64,000 nt of DNA from Porphyridium purpureum (Eukaryota): the NCBI GenBank assembly GCA_008690995.1, contig VRMN01000010.1, forward strand, positions 124,001 to 188,000. Reading direction: 5' to 3'. Below the pieces are notes generated by a model. The model was not told the origin of the DNA and searched no databases. It saw nothing but the letters and a program-made list of their open reading frames with translations. Position 1 is the first letter of the stretch, and every line of letters begins with the position of its first letter. A program made the position numbers and the translations under genes. Below are positions 44,116 through 54,134 of this stretch, one piece after another.

Positions 44116-45843
44116 TTAAAAGTACAGGTCGTGCTCGCCGGCATTGATGCGCTTGAGCTTGCGCTCGTATGCCTGCTTTGCGCGCTCGCTCCCGATTGTT
44201 TCGCTCTCTTGTTGCACGACCTTTTCACCAAGCGCGCGCGTTCGCTCGGACGCGTAGTCAATCAAGTACTCTTGCAGCGTCAGCAGGCCGTTCGGATGGC
44301 AGTAGTTATGGATGTCGCCCTTCTTGGCAATCTTCATGAATGCCTCTCCCGTGCGCCCCTTGCGATAGCAGGCTGTGCACCAGCTCGGCACAAATCCGTC
44401 CTCCATGAGATCGTGCACAATCTCGTCCATCGCGCGGTGGTCCTGCAGTGTAAATTGTGCGAGCATGTCCTGAGATTCTTCTTGGCACTTTTCTGGCAGC
44501 ACGTTGGCCTTCTTGTCCTCCTTGGAATACGAGCCGACATCTGTCTTGCTGCCGGCGCTCATCTGGCTGACACCCAAGTGCAGCAGCATCTTTCGCGTCT
44601 GCGGGTTTTCGCGCGTGCTGAGGATCATGCCGGTGTACGGTACGGCACAGCGAAGCACAGCCACAAGTTTCATGAAGTCGGCGTCGCTCACTGGGTTGGG
44701 CCCGCCGTTGAGCGAATCTGGCGCCCCGAGCGCCGGCTGGATGCGCGGAATACTGACCGTGTGCGGGCCGGCGCCGTACGTCTGGTCTAGGTGCTGAGCG
44801 TGCTGCAGCATGCCTAGCACCTCGAAACGGTAGTCATATAGGCCAAACAAGGCACCGATGCCCACATCGTCGACGCCCGCGGTCTGCGCGCGATCCATTG
44901 TCAGCAGGCGATAGTCATAGTCGCTCTTGGGGCCCGCCGGGTGGACGCGCCTGTACGTTTCGCGGTGGTACGTTTCATGGAACAGCGTATAGGTCCCGAC
45001 GCAGTTGGTGGCCTTGAGCCGCCGGAAATCTGACACGGAAAGCGTCGGAATTTCAACATTAATGCGCCGAATGCCACCGCACGGCTCGGTGCGCACTTGC
45101 GACACAATTTGGAGTGCCTCGAGCGTCTGTTCGAAAGAATACTTGGGGCTCTCGCCGGCGACCAGCAGCAGCCGGCGGTGGCCCTGCCGTTGGAGCGCCT
45201 CCACCTCGCGCACGAGCTGGTCATTGGAGAGTGTGCCGCGCGGCGCGGCGTGGTTTGACGCGCGGAACGAGCAGTACGTGCACTGGTTGACGCAGTACGA
45301 GCCCACATACAGCGGCGCGAACAGCACGATCCGGTTTCCGTAAATGCGCTCCTTGATCCGGAACGCGGTGTCAAAAAGCAGCTGCATGAGCAGCTTGTTC
45401 GCCGAGTCGACATTCAGCAGCGTGGCAGCCTCGAGCACCGTCAAGCCTTGCACGTACTCCGAGCCGGACTGCGGCGGCACCGGCGCGCCTGATGTGCCTA
45501 CCTTGAGCAGCGCGTGGTCCTCTGCCTTTTGCAGCAGGTCCTTGACGAGCACGGCGTCCTTTGCATTTTCCTTTGTGACAAACAGCGCCTCGTGGATCTC
45601 GGCCTCGCGCACAATGTCTCGCGGCGACTTGAACACATGCTGAGGCTCCTTCTCGACGGACCACTTTGCGCCGCGCCGCGGCACATCATCCCACCGCGCG
45701 CGGCGGCCGTACCGCGCCATCCCCACCATCCTCATCACGCCCATCGCGCACCCGGCGGCGAAGCCCATGCCTCCTCCGCTCGTCACCATCCCGGCCGCGC
45801 CCACGGCGCTCCCAACCACCGCACTCATTGTCATCGCTGCCAT
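44116..45843 (-). CDS. hydG: [FeFe]-hydrogenase H-cluster radical SAM maturase HydG with N-terminal presequence
   Basis: YGNRIVLFAPLY...CVNQCTYC (CX3CX2C); GPHTVSIPR His; C-terminal CTAC-X22-C auxiliary cluster motif, which ThiH lacks; CHPNGLLTLQEYL. Confidence 0.93.
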   Translation of the reverse strand: MAAMTMSAVVGSAVGAAGMVTSGGGMGFAAGCAMGVMRMVGMARYGRRARWDDVPRRGAKWSVEKEPQHVFKSPRDIVREAEIHEALFVTKENAKDAVLVKDLLQKAEDHALLKVGTSGAPVPPQSGSEYVQGLTVLEAATLLNVDSANKLLMQLLFDTAFRIKERIYGNRIVLFAPLYVGSYCVNQCTYCSFRASNHAAPRGTLSNDQLVREVEALQRQGHRRLLLVAGESPKYSFEQTLEALQIVSQVRTEPCGGIRRINVEIPTLSVSDFRRLKATNCVGTYTLFHETYHRETYRRVHPAGPKSDYDYRLLTMDRAQTAGVDDVGIGALFGLYDYRFEVLGMLQHAQHLDQTYGAGPHTVSIPRIQPALGAPDSLNGGPNPVSDADFMKLVAVLRCAVPYTGMILSTRENPQTRKMLLHLGVSQMSAGSKTDVGSYSKEDKKANVLPEKCQEESQDMLAQFTLQDHRAMDEIVHDLMEDGFVPSWCTACYRKGRTGEAFMKIAKKGDIHNYCHPNGLLTLQEYLIDYASERTRALGEKVVQQESETIGSERAKQAYERKLKRINAGEHDLYF

Positions 45844-46448
45844 CCTTCCGCACCCTAGTCCTCTTCCTCATTCGCTGTCTCACCCATCCCCACCTCCCAT
45901 ACTCATGCCTATGCCCACGTCTATGCCCACGCACCCGCCCGCGCGCGCTCTATGTCACACGGTCCCTCTCTGCGCATCTTATACACCTTCTCCACCGCCA
46001 CCGCGTCACCCGCTCCACCAATTCACCGCCACACCCACCCCACCCATCCACGACACTGCATCCACCGCACCAACCCCGCAACCCCCTCCCCCCTCTCGGT
46101 TACATCTCCCCTCTCTCTCTCTGCCATAAGCTCTCCATAAACCTCACCCCCGTGTAACCTGTCCTCTCCCCCCTCTCTCTCTTTCTCTCTGTCTCACCCC
46201 TTCCGCTTCCACTTTCACATAACCACCAACACACGTATCCTTGCAACACCTGCGCTCCTTCTCTCCCTCTCTCCTTCTCTCTGTGTCTTTTGCTTCGCCT
46301 CCTTCTTTCCCTTCTCGATCCTCCTGAATTCTCCGTGCCACCGCAGCAATACGTGTCCGCACCACGCAAGTTTGACTTGCACGCCCACAAACAACACACG
46401 CCATTTCTACGTGTCACCCACACCACGCTATTTATAGCTACCAGCCAT

Positions 46449-46479
<31 letters not shown>

Positions 46480-46480
46480 C
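46449..46480. repeat. (CA)n microsatellite in the hydG-hydE intergenic region
   Basis: ACACAC run. Confidence 0.85.
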
Positions 46481-47035
46481 GCCATACCAAAACATGATAT
46501 CTGCCAAACACCACCGCCTCCAAATGAACACACGACGCAACACAACCGCGGTTGCAGGACACGTGCACGCGTGATATGAAAAGGGGAGGATTCACACGTG
46601 GCGCAGAGTGGTGAGGATGGGCGCTGGCCGAAAAGATGGTAGCCCACTAGCATGGAAGAAGAAGGGCCGCGTGTAAACCGGGTGTAAACCGTGTGGGACC
46701 CGCGTCACATCTGTGTATCAGATGTGCAAGGGCGCACCGGTATAAGGGACAAGAGGAAAAATGTACAGCGCAGCGGAGGATACTTTGAGGCAAGGTGGAT
46801 GGATGTAAACCTGACAGTGTACTTGTCGCGCGTGGCAGAAGTGGCGGCGCGGATTGCGTTTTTATGTGGTGCGGTGCGGTGCGGTGCGCAGGGGCTCGCG
46901 CAGATCCCTGCATGCGCTGTGCGGCGGAAGATGATGGGCGCGGGTGTGAATGTCAGTGCATGTGAGAATTTGTGCGTGCGTGCGTGAAAGGATTGACAGA
47001 TTGAGAGATAGAGAGATACACACAGGGAACGTGTC

Positions 47036-48379
47036 ATGGCGGCGTCGGCAGCGTCCGCGGCGCAGCTCGCGTCGAGATTGGGCGACGTGTTGCGCCGGCC
47101 GCTGCTTTCGGATGCCGTGCTCGCGCAGCGCGTCGCTCCGTTGGGCGCCGTGCTGGGCCATTCGGTCGAACAGCTCATGGAGCGGCTGCGCCGCGCGCGA
47201 GGCGTGGAGAACGCGCACGACCAGACGCACCAGCGCACCGCGCCAGTCTTGTCGCATATCAGCGCCGCGCAAATGAAGCACCTGCTGGACACAACAGATG
47301 TCCGAGAGACCGCGGCGCTGTTTGCGTACGCAGACGCGGTCAGTGCCGCGTACTTTGACAACCGCATTTTCTTCCGCGGGATCGTCGAGTTTTCAAACGT
47401 ATGCCAGAAAAACTGCGGCTACTGCGGCATTCGCAGAGCCACAAAGCTCCATCGATACACTATGCCCAAGCACGAGATCCTCGACTGCGCGCGCTTCTGC
47501 ATGGAGCGTGGCTACGGAACCATTATGCTGCAGTCAGGAGAGCTCAACACGCCGCAGCGCATCGACTGGCTTGTCGACCTGATCGGCGAGATCAAGCAAA
47601 CGACCAAGCAGATGGACACGAAGCATCCCGAGGCGCCCAAGGGGCTGTGCGTCGCGCTCAGCGTGGGTGAGCTCGACGAGCTCGACTACCGTCGCCTGTT
47701 CGAGGCCGGCGCGTCGCGCTATCTGCTGCGCATCGAGACGTCCAACCCAACGCTGTACGCGCAGCTGCATCCGCCAGACCACTTGTGGCAACGGCGCGTC
47801 GAGTGTCTGCGCGCACTCAAACGCGTCGGCTTTCAGCTCGGCACGGGCGTCATGATTGGACTGCCCGGTCAGACCACCGACGACCTCGTATCGGACCTGC
47901 ACTTTTTCCGCGATATCGATGCGGACATGATTGGCATGGGCCCGTACGTATATCAAGAAGGTACGCCTGTGGGCGATGCCCACAAAAAGCTCCGTGAGCG
48001 CGCCGGACAAACCGAGCAAGACAAAATGGAACAAAACGCACGCATGGTGGACTTGACCACGCGAATGTACGCGCTCGCGCGACTGTTCCTCGGTGCCGTC
48101 AACATACCAGCCACCACGGCGCTCCAGGCGCTGGACCCTGTGGGACGCGAGACCGCGCTGCAGCGCGGTGCAAATATTCTCATGCCAATTGTGACCCCCA
48201 CACAGTTCCGCAAGGAGTACCAGCTGTATGAAGACAAGCCATGCATCGACGAAGGGGCCGCCGAGTGCAGCGCGTGCCTCGCCGGGCGGGTCAAATGGGC
48301 CGGGAAAGAGCTCGCGCTGGGCGAATGGGGCGACCCACCACACTTTCACCAGGCAAGCCAGGTGTGCGAAACAGGTTAA
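47036..48379 (+). CDS. hydE: [FeFe]-hydrogenase radical SAM maturase HydE, stand-alone (not fused to HydF)
   Basis: RGIVEFSNVCQKNCGYC; LQSGE; YLLRIETSN; IGMGPY; ATTAL; YQLY followed by CX7CX2C. Confidence 0.9.
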   Translation: MAASAASAAQLASRLGDVLRRPLLSDAVLAQRVAPLGAVLGHSVEQLMERLRRARGVENAHDQTHQRTAPVLSHISAAQMKHLLDTTDVRETAALFAYADAVSAAYFDNRIFFRGIVEFSNVCQKNCGYCGIRRATKLHRYTMPKHEILDCARFCMERGYGTIMLQSGELNTPQRIDWLVDLIGEIKQTTKQMDTKHPEAPKGLCVALSVGELDELDYRRLFEAGASRYLLRIETSNPTLYAQLHPPDHLWQRRVECLRALKRVGFQLGTGVMIGLPGQTTDDLVSDLHFFRDIDADMIGMGPYVYQEGTPVGDAHKKLRERAGQTEQDKMEQNARMVDLTTRMYALARLFLGAVNIPATTALQALDPVGRETALQRGANILMPIVTPTQFRKEYQLYEDKPCIDEGAAECSACLAGRVKWAGKELALGEWGDPPHFHQASQVCETG

Positions 48380-48975
48380 AAGTTGCTGTGCCGGCGAGGC
48401 AGCAGCGAAAGTCAAGACAGCCGTGCGAATCTAGGTGCGCGCCCGCTTCGCTGCCCAGTCAAGAATTCATGCGGGACGCGAAGAGAACCGTGTGCAAACA
48501 TCCGTTGCGTCTGAAAGCACATCTTTTGACGCACGCCCGGGGAATGATATCGCGGTCAGGACGCCGATCGAATGGAGTGAAAGGGATAAAAATCCATCTG
48601 CATCGACGTTGGACGGTGTCGAGTTCATGATGCTGCTTTCAACGGCATGATTTCAGGCTTGGTCATGCGCTGCACGCCGCAGGTGCACAGGAGCTTTTTC
48701 TCAGCATTGCCGACTCTTGCTGAGACAAAAAAGCTGTTCATTGGCCTTGGCGCCGCTCTCTGCACCGCGTGCTGCATGCAACGAATCTCATACAGTAGCC
48801 CGCTGCCAGTGCATTGCCTTTGGGGGTCTAGCCAGCTCGGGTATATCATCCCGCACAGTCAAGCAGTTGCGGATAGTGCGCAACGTCAATGGATGTCTAA
48901 TTTACACGCGCACTTTTTTGCAAAATATCGAACACCAAGGCATTCAGGACACTGCACCTTGCCGCCGGTAGATAC

Positions 48976-50526
48976 TCAACGTTTACGCGTCCCTGCACCA
49001 CGTGCTTGTGCAGTCAAGCGCGGAAATTCGTAGCCGACTTCGGCCAAATCGGTCAAAAACTTGTGGTTTTGCATGACATCGCCAAGCTCAATCATGCCCA
49101 ATTCATACATACTGATGTACAACAGGTCCAGGCAGCTCGAAAGTCGGTCGAGCAGGCATGTCCAGTCGTTCAGCGCGTTGACAAGTGCGTCAGCGTGCGT
49201 GTACAGCAGGCGTTCCGCCTCAAGATCCTTCATAAAGTCGTGCTCATTTCGATACTGCACAACCCACGGCTTGGTAAAGGCGACGTACATGCCCGTGTCC
49301 CACAGAAGCCGCTGGCCAAAGTACGAGCGCCAGATATCCGACACACGCCCAGGCACGGTGGTCGGCAGGTACAGGCTCCAGAATGCGCTGTGGCGGAAGA
49401 GCGTCGCCTGTGCGTTGTACGGGCTCATCACGCCCGCCGGAATAACCGTGACTGTACGATTACCGCGAAACTCGACGGGGCGAGCCCGGGTGAGCCGGTA
49501 CACAGCGTCCACATCCGGGTCGTGATCTGCGAGGGACTGGAACACGGCCACATCACGCAGCCGTATCCGAGTGCGCTCCGTTTTGCGGTCGCGCGGCCGC
49601 GTGCGTGCCTCGTCGTTCAGAATTTCCGTCAGCGGATAGCCGCGCGGCCAAATAAAGTCAGCAGAGTCTGGGTCCGGATCCAGCGCATTCGCTGCCAAAC
49701 GCATCAATGCGTCGCGATGCGCTCGCGACGCCGGCAATCCGTCCAACTCGGGAACTGTCTTGGCTCCAAAGTACAGGTACGGGTTCGTGACCTTGGCCGT
49801 GCCGCCGCCAGGCGGCTTGAGCTGGTGCAGTCGGTTCATCTTACGCTGCGCGCTGAGCAGCGCGGTGGCGTTCAGAAAGCGGAAACATTGCTTTTCCCAG
49901 CACTCGTCGCGCGTGCGCAGCCGGTTGTCATCGTCTGTGTCATATATCACCTTGGCGCCGCGCCACACGGCGTACAGAAAGCCCAGGTTTTTGCGGCCAA
50001 AGTGGTTCCACGGCGTGCTGGCCACTGAGCGGAACGGCAGCGCCAGTTGGTCGTCAGGCGATAGGTACACCACACGGCCATCGAAATCGTGTGGTAAATA
50101 GCTGCGCGGCGACTTCTTATCGCCCACCACCACTGTGCACCATCCGTCCGACACGCTCAGCGCCGCGAGCTGGTACACAAGCACGGTCGGCTTGAAAATG
50201 CTCGTGATCACGGCCCATCGAGAGCACGCGGGCTCGATTTCGCGTGAAGCACTTGGCGTCCGTCTGCGCGGCCGGATAGCGTCCAGAGCATCCCAATGCG
50301 TAAATGTGCGCACACGAGCCGCCTGAAACGACGCGCCCTGCACGTGATTGGACGCGGACAGCCGCTCCACAAACACACTCGACACATGCCCAGGCGCTGT
50401 TGGCGCGTCGCGCACCGTGTGCAAGGCAAAAATGGCGAGCAAAGTGGACAAGAATCCGACAGAAAAGGCCGAGACGCGTTGCGCGTACCCTGACGTACCG
50501 CCCGCGACGCTCCCTTGACCCGTCAT
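48976..50526 (-). CDS. STELLO/DUF288-like glycosyltransferase, type II membrane protein
   Basis: N-terminal TM; VVVGDKKSP, RKNLGFLYA, YDTDDDN, WPRGYPL, DPDVDA, SDIWRSY. Confidence 0.85.
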   Translation of the reverse strand: MTGQGSVAGGTSGYAQRVSAFSVGFLSTLLAIFALHTVRDAPTAPGHVSSVFVERLSASNHVQGASFQAARVRTFTHWDALDAIRPRRRTPSASREIEPACSRWAVITSIFKPTVLVYQLAALSVSDGWCTVVVGDKKSPRSYLPHDFDGRVVYLSPDDQLALPFRSVASTPWNHFGRKNLGFLYAVWRGAKVIYDTDDDNRLRTRDECWEKQCFRFLNATALLSAQRKMNRLHQLKPPGGGTAKVTNPYLYFGAKTVPELDGLPASRAHRDALMRLAANALDPDPDSADFIWPRGYPLTEILNDEARTRPRDRKTERTRIRLRDVAVFQSLADHDPDVDAVYRLTRARPVEFRGNRTVTVIPAGVMSPYNAQATLFRHSAFWSLYLPTTVPGRVSDIWRSYFGQRLLWDTGMYVAFTKPWVVQYRNEHDFMKDLEAERLLYTHADALVNALNDWTCLLDRLSSCLDLLYISMYELGMIELGDVMQNHKFLTDLAEVGYEFPRLTAQARGAGTRKR

Positions 50527-50665
50527 CACACGAATCTCTTTTATCTAAACTAGGTGAACATGCGCCAGCCCGCACGTGCAAAGCTCACAAAGAACTTGGC
50601 ACTCGACGCTGCGCGGGAGCGACGCGGAGCCTCTAAGATCAGTATGCTTCTTTGCCTTACGGGGG

Positions 50666-51793
50666 TCACACTTCGGAGAGCTTGACGGGGCGGTTCTCCT
50701 TGGCGCTGAGGCTGGCTGCCTTTGCCGCGACAATGGGTGCGCGGCCGTCGGCGCCCGTGCACGGTGGCGGCGCGCCGGTCTTGACCATCTCGACAAACGC
50801 GTCGATGGCGCCCGCGTACGCGTCGAGGTAGCGGTCCATGAAAAAGCTGTACGGCAGGCCGGCCTGCACGCCGGTGGCCGAGCTGAGTGTCACCGTGTTC
50901 GGCGCCTTGTTGTTGCCCGTGAGAATACCGTCGCGCCCAAACACCTCGATGCGCTGATCGTAGCCTAGCGCGCAGCGCCGCGAGTTCTGGATCGTGCCAA
51001 ACGATCCGTCGCTCATCTTGAGCGTCATGATCAGACTGTCGAGGTCGTTGGCGCCCTTGGCCTCCGGGTCGAACGCCGTGCCGCAAACGTACACCTCGTC
51101 GATCTCGGCGCCCGTCACAAAGCGCGCCATGTCAAAGTCGTGCGACGCCATGTCTAAGAAGATGCCGCCGGACTTTTCGAGGTACTCCTGCGGTGGGGGC
51201 GCGGGGTCGCGCGACACGATCTGGAACATGCGGACTGGTCCAATCGCGCCTGCCTCGATCTGCTTCTTGATGTTCAAAAAGTTCGAGTCGAAGCGGCGCT
51301 GGAAGCCGACCATGAGGCGGGACTTGCTCTTTTCCACGGCAGCCAAGCACTCGTCGATCACGGCCAGGTCGTTGGAGATGGGCTTTTCGCAGAAAATGTC
51401 CTTGCCTGCCGCGGCGCACGCCATGATCTGCTCGGCATGGAACGGCGTGGGCGACCCAATCACGACTCCCTGGATGCGCGGGTCCTCGACCATTTTCTTC
51501 CAGTCCTTCTCATATTCGACGCCATAGGCGTTTGCCAGCTTGAGCCCGAACTCCTCAAACACATCACTGACGGCAACAAGCGTGGCGCCCTTCGCGGCGG
51601 CGACCGACTTGGCATGCACCTGTCCAATGCGCCCGCACCCAATCACGCCAATCCCGACGCCCGACCCCGCCGCAGCATCCGCCATCCGCAGCGCCTGCGT
51701 GCGCGGGCGCGTGCTTCCACGCGCAACCGGCATCACCGCATCCCGCGCGGCGCGGCGCGTGCCAGCGCCACGGCTGCGCCGCGTGCCGCGCAT
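50666..51793 (-). CDS. iolG: myo-inositol 2-dehydrogenase (Gfo/Idh/MocA family); true start may be 51861 via a frameshift
   Basis: GCGRIG, CEKP, GFQRRFD, SRDP, SGGIFLDMASHDFD, GYDQRIEV. Confidence 0.88.
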   Translation of the reverse strand: MRGTRRSRGAGTRRAARDAVMPVARGSTRPRTQALRMADAAAGSGVGIGVIGCGRIGQVHAKSVAAAKGATLVAVSDVFEEFGLKLANAYGVEYEKDWKKMVEDPRIQGVVIGSPTPFHAEQIMACAAAGKDIFCEKPISNDLAVIDECLAAVEKSKSRLMVGFQRRFDSNFLNIKKQIEAGAIGPVRMFQIVSRDPAPPPQEYLEKSGGIFLDMASHDFDMARFVTGAEIDEVYVCGTAFDPEAKGANDLDSLIMTLKMSDGSFGTIQNSRRCALGYDQRIEVFGRDGILTGNNKAPNTVTLSSATGVQAGLPYSFFMDRYLDAYAGAIDAFVEMVKTGAPPPCTGADGRAPIVAAKAASLSAKENRPVKLSEV

Positions 51794-52390
51794 CGCTGTT
51801 GCACCTCACTCCCGCCCGCGCGGCGACCCAGCGCCGACGCGCCACACCCAACGAACGCCATCTTCTGCAGCGCGCGCGGAGTCTGTTCTCCGAATCCTCC
51901 TGTATGTCCTGCGTGTTCTCCTCCGTGTCCTCCTTCTCCTTCTTCTTCTCCTCCACACCACGTACACGCGCTTCACGCGCCGATCGCACGCGCGCCGCGC
52001 GCACGCACGCGCACAAAAAAAGGAAAAAAATTACAAAATCGCGCCGGAAAACCCGTTGTGGGTGTACAGTGAATGTACAGTGTCAGCGCCAGTGAAGGGG
52101 CGCGGGAGGGTGTACCGCACAGCTGTACACAAGCACTCGGAAACCGAATCGTTTACCGGAAACCGTTTGGTGTCGCGTTGGGAACACCGAGCGATGCAGC
52201 GGCAGCAGAAGAGCGGAGCGAAAGGAAGGAAGAAAGGGAGAAAGCTCGATATAATGCGGCACGATGGCAAGCAGATGGTCTGGGTCAAGACAAGGACAGG
52301 AGGGTACAGCAGGTACTGTCTGGAGGGGAGGTATGTGATGTGGGAAAGCGGGCACGGTGCGCGTGGAGCAGATGTATGGCGGCACGGCGA

Positions 52391-53869
52391 TCACGCGACG
52401 CGGTACGTGTCTAGAGGGAGCTGCTGCCATGTCTCGATCGAGTCCCACAGCCAGCTCGCAGACACGAGCTTGCTCTTGTCGGAAACGTGCTGCACTCGTC
52501 CCGCGCTCTTCTCGCCCACCAGCCACAGGTTGCACGGCGAAGCATCCGCCGCGCGCAGCGCGAGGCTGCCGCCGGCCTTCTCCACAAGGATGCGCAGTTC
52601 CAGCTCAGACACCTTGACGTGGCCGCGCACGCCAAGCTTGACGCCGTCCAGAAGCTGCGGGGCCTGTCGCTGCCGCTTCAGCGGCGCGTCGTACTTTTTC
52701 ACCACATAGTCTTCCGGCTTGAGCCACTTTTCTGCCGAAATCGATTCGAACACCCACGCCTCGTGCACGATCACGGCGCCAGCGGCCAGCGCCTTGAGAA
52801 GCGTGAGCGTGCGCCGGTGATTCTCTGGCAGCACATGCACCTCGGGAAACCAGTACGGGTCAAAGTTCTCGTCCGCCGTGCTCGGCAGCACATCATACTC
52901 ACCGAGCGTGTCACACGCGTGGCGAAGCGCATCGTACAAAGCGCCTTCACCAGCCGAGTACGACACGGGCTTGCGGTTTTTCCGCATCGCAGACTGTGGA
53001 ACTCTTGCCGTCGCCGACGCCGTAGCTCCCGCGGCACTGCCGTTGTCGGTCGCCTCTGTTTCACACTCGCTCTCCTGATCCGTGTGCTGCTCCGCCGCCC
53101 CATCTGACTCGCCGTCATTTTCGTTCGTTTCCAGAGCCGCTTTGGATTTTTTGGCCATGGCACGCTTTGCCTTGGCTGCTGTTGCAGTCTTCTCCTTTGT
53201 GGGAGTAGAAGCATTCGTCTTCGTGGCGCCCGGCTTCACACCCTTTGAAGCGGGAACGGCCTTGGGCTTCAACGCAGACGTGGCGGCTTTGGGCTTGGCC
53301 ACTTTGCCTTTCCCCTGAGGCGAAGGCACAGCTTTGTCCTTTCCACTGGCCGCTGCAGCCTTTTTCGAGTCCAGGGGCTTTGCTGGTTTGGCCTTGGTGG
53401 GCGTGCTTGTGTGCACCGTCGCCGCGGTCTTGGTGGTGCCAACTTCATCGCTCGACTGAGAAAGCCTGGCCTTCTTGGCGGCCGCCGCGGAGGGCTTGAT
53501 CGCCTTTGCTGCGTTCCCGTGCTCGGGGTCTCGCTTACGGGGCGCCTTGTACTTGTGCTCGGCGATGTCCTGCGACTTGACCTTGTGGTGCGGCTCGTCC
53601 TGCTCGGCGACCCACGACGGGTCTGACCCCGCCTCATCCCGCGTGTGCGGCGCACTCACGCCCTCCGCTCCGCCGTTGCCAAGCTCTGCTGTCTTGGGAG
53701 CAGGCATGTTCGGCATGGTGGGCATCCGCGCGCGTGCGGCACCAGCGTCGACGACCTCGTGCTCCACCTGCCGTCCAGCCTCTGCGCCCTTGATCACATC
53801 CTGCGTGGTGGCAAACACGGGCGTCGCCAGCATCTCCTCTGACGCATCCGAGTCGTACGGAAGCTCCAT
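52391..53869 (-). CDS. Lys/Ala-rich disordered protein with C-terminal tandem BRCT domains (microcephalin/MDC1-like)
   Basis: RRTLTLLKALAAGAVIVHEAWVFES; LRILVEKAGG...VSASWLWDSI. Confidence 0.75.
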   Translation of the reverse strand: MELPYDSDASEEMLATPVFATTQDVIKGAEAGRQVEHEVVDAGAARARMPTMPNMPAPKTAELGNGGAEGVSAPHTRDEAGSDPSWVAEQDEPHHKVKSQDIAEHKYKAPRKRDPEHGNAAKAIKPSAAAAKKARLSQSSDEVGTTKTAATVHTSTPTKAKPAKPLDSKKAAAASGKDKAVPSPQGKGKVAKPKAATSALKPKAVPASKGVKPGATKTNASTPTKEKTATAAKAKRAMAKKSKAALETNENDGESDGAAEQHTDQESECETEATDNGSAAGATASATARVPQSAMRKNRKPVSYSAGEGALYDALRHACDTLGEYDVLPSTADENFDPYWFPEVHVLPENHRRTLTLLKALAAGAVIVHEAWVFESISAEKWLKPEDYVVKKYDAPLKRQRQAPQLLDGVKLGVRGHVKVSELELRILVEKAGGSLALRAADASPCNLWLVGEKSAGRVQHVSDKSKLVSASWLWDSIETWQQLPLDTYRVA

Positions 53870-54134
53870 GACTGCTTGTCCACCTGTGCTGCACCTCCAC
53901 CAACCCCCGCCCCACCCTGCGCCCTATCCCCAGCTCGCACGCCCCCGCGCCACCACTTGCGAACCAATTCCACAATCTCATATAAAAACAACGTCGTTTT
54001 AGTATGAACGGCCGCGTGCAGTTTGGGATGACGCGTGCGGTTTCGTCTCGTGCCGCTTCTTTCGCGCCAACTGGGCGAGTCGCCACGATGGCAGGTGTTG
54101 GTGTGACGCCAGGCAAGAACGCTGGATGGTAGCT

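Noticed and set aside
44116..45843. ThiH (2-iminoacetate synthase) call
   Set aside because: The C-terminal CX2CX22C motif, GPHT histidine and adjacent hydE indicate HydG
47036..48379. Biotin synthase BioB call
   Set aside because: RGIVEFSN, YLLRIET and YxxY-CX7CX2C motifs fit HydE
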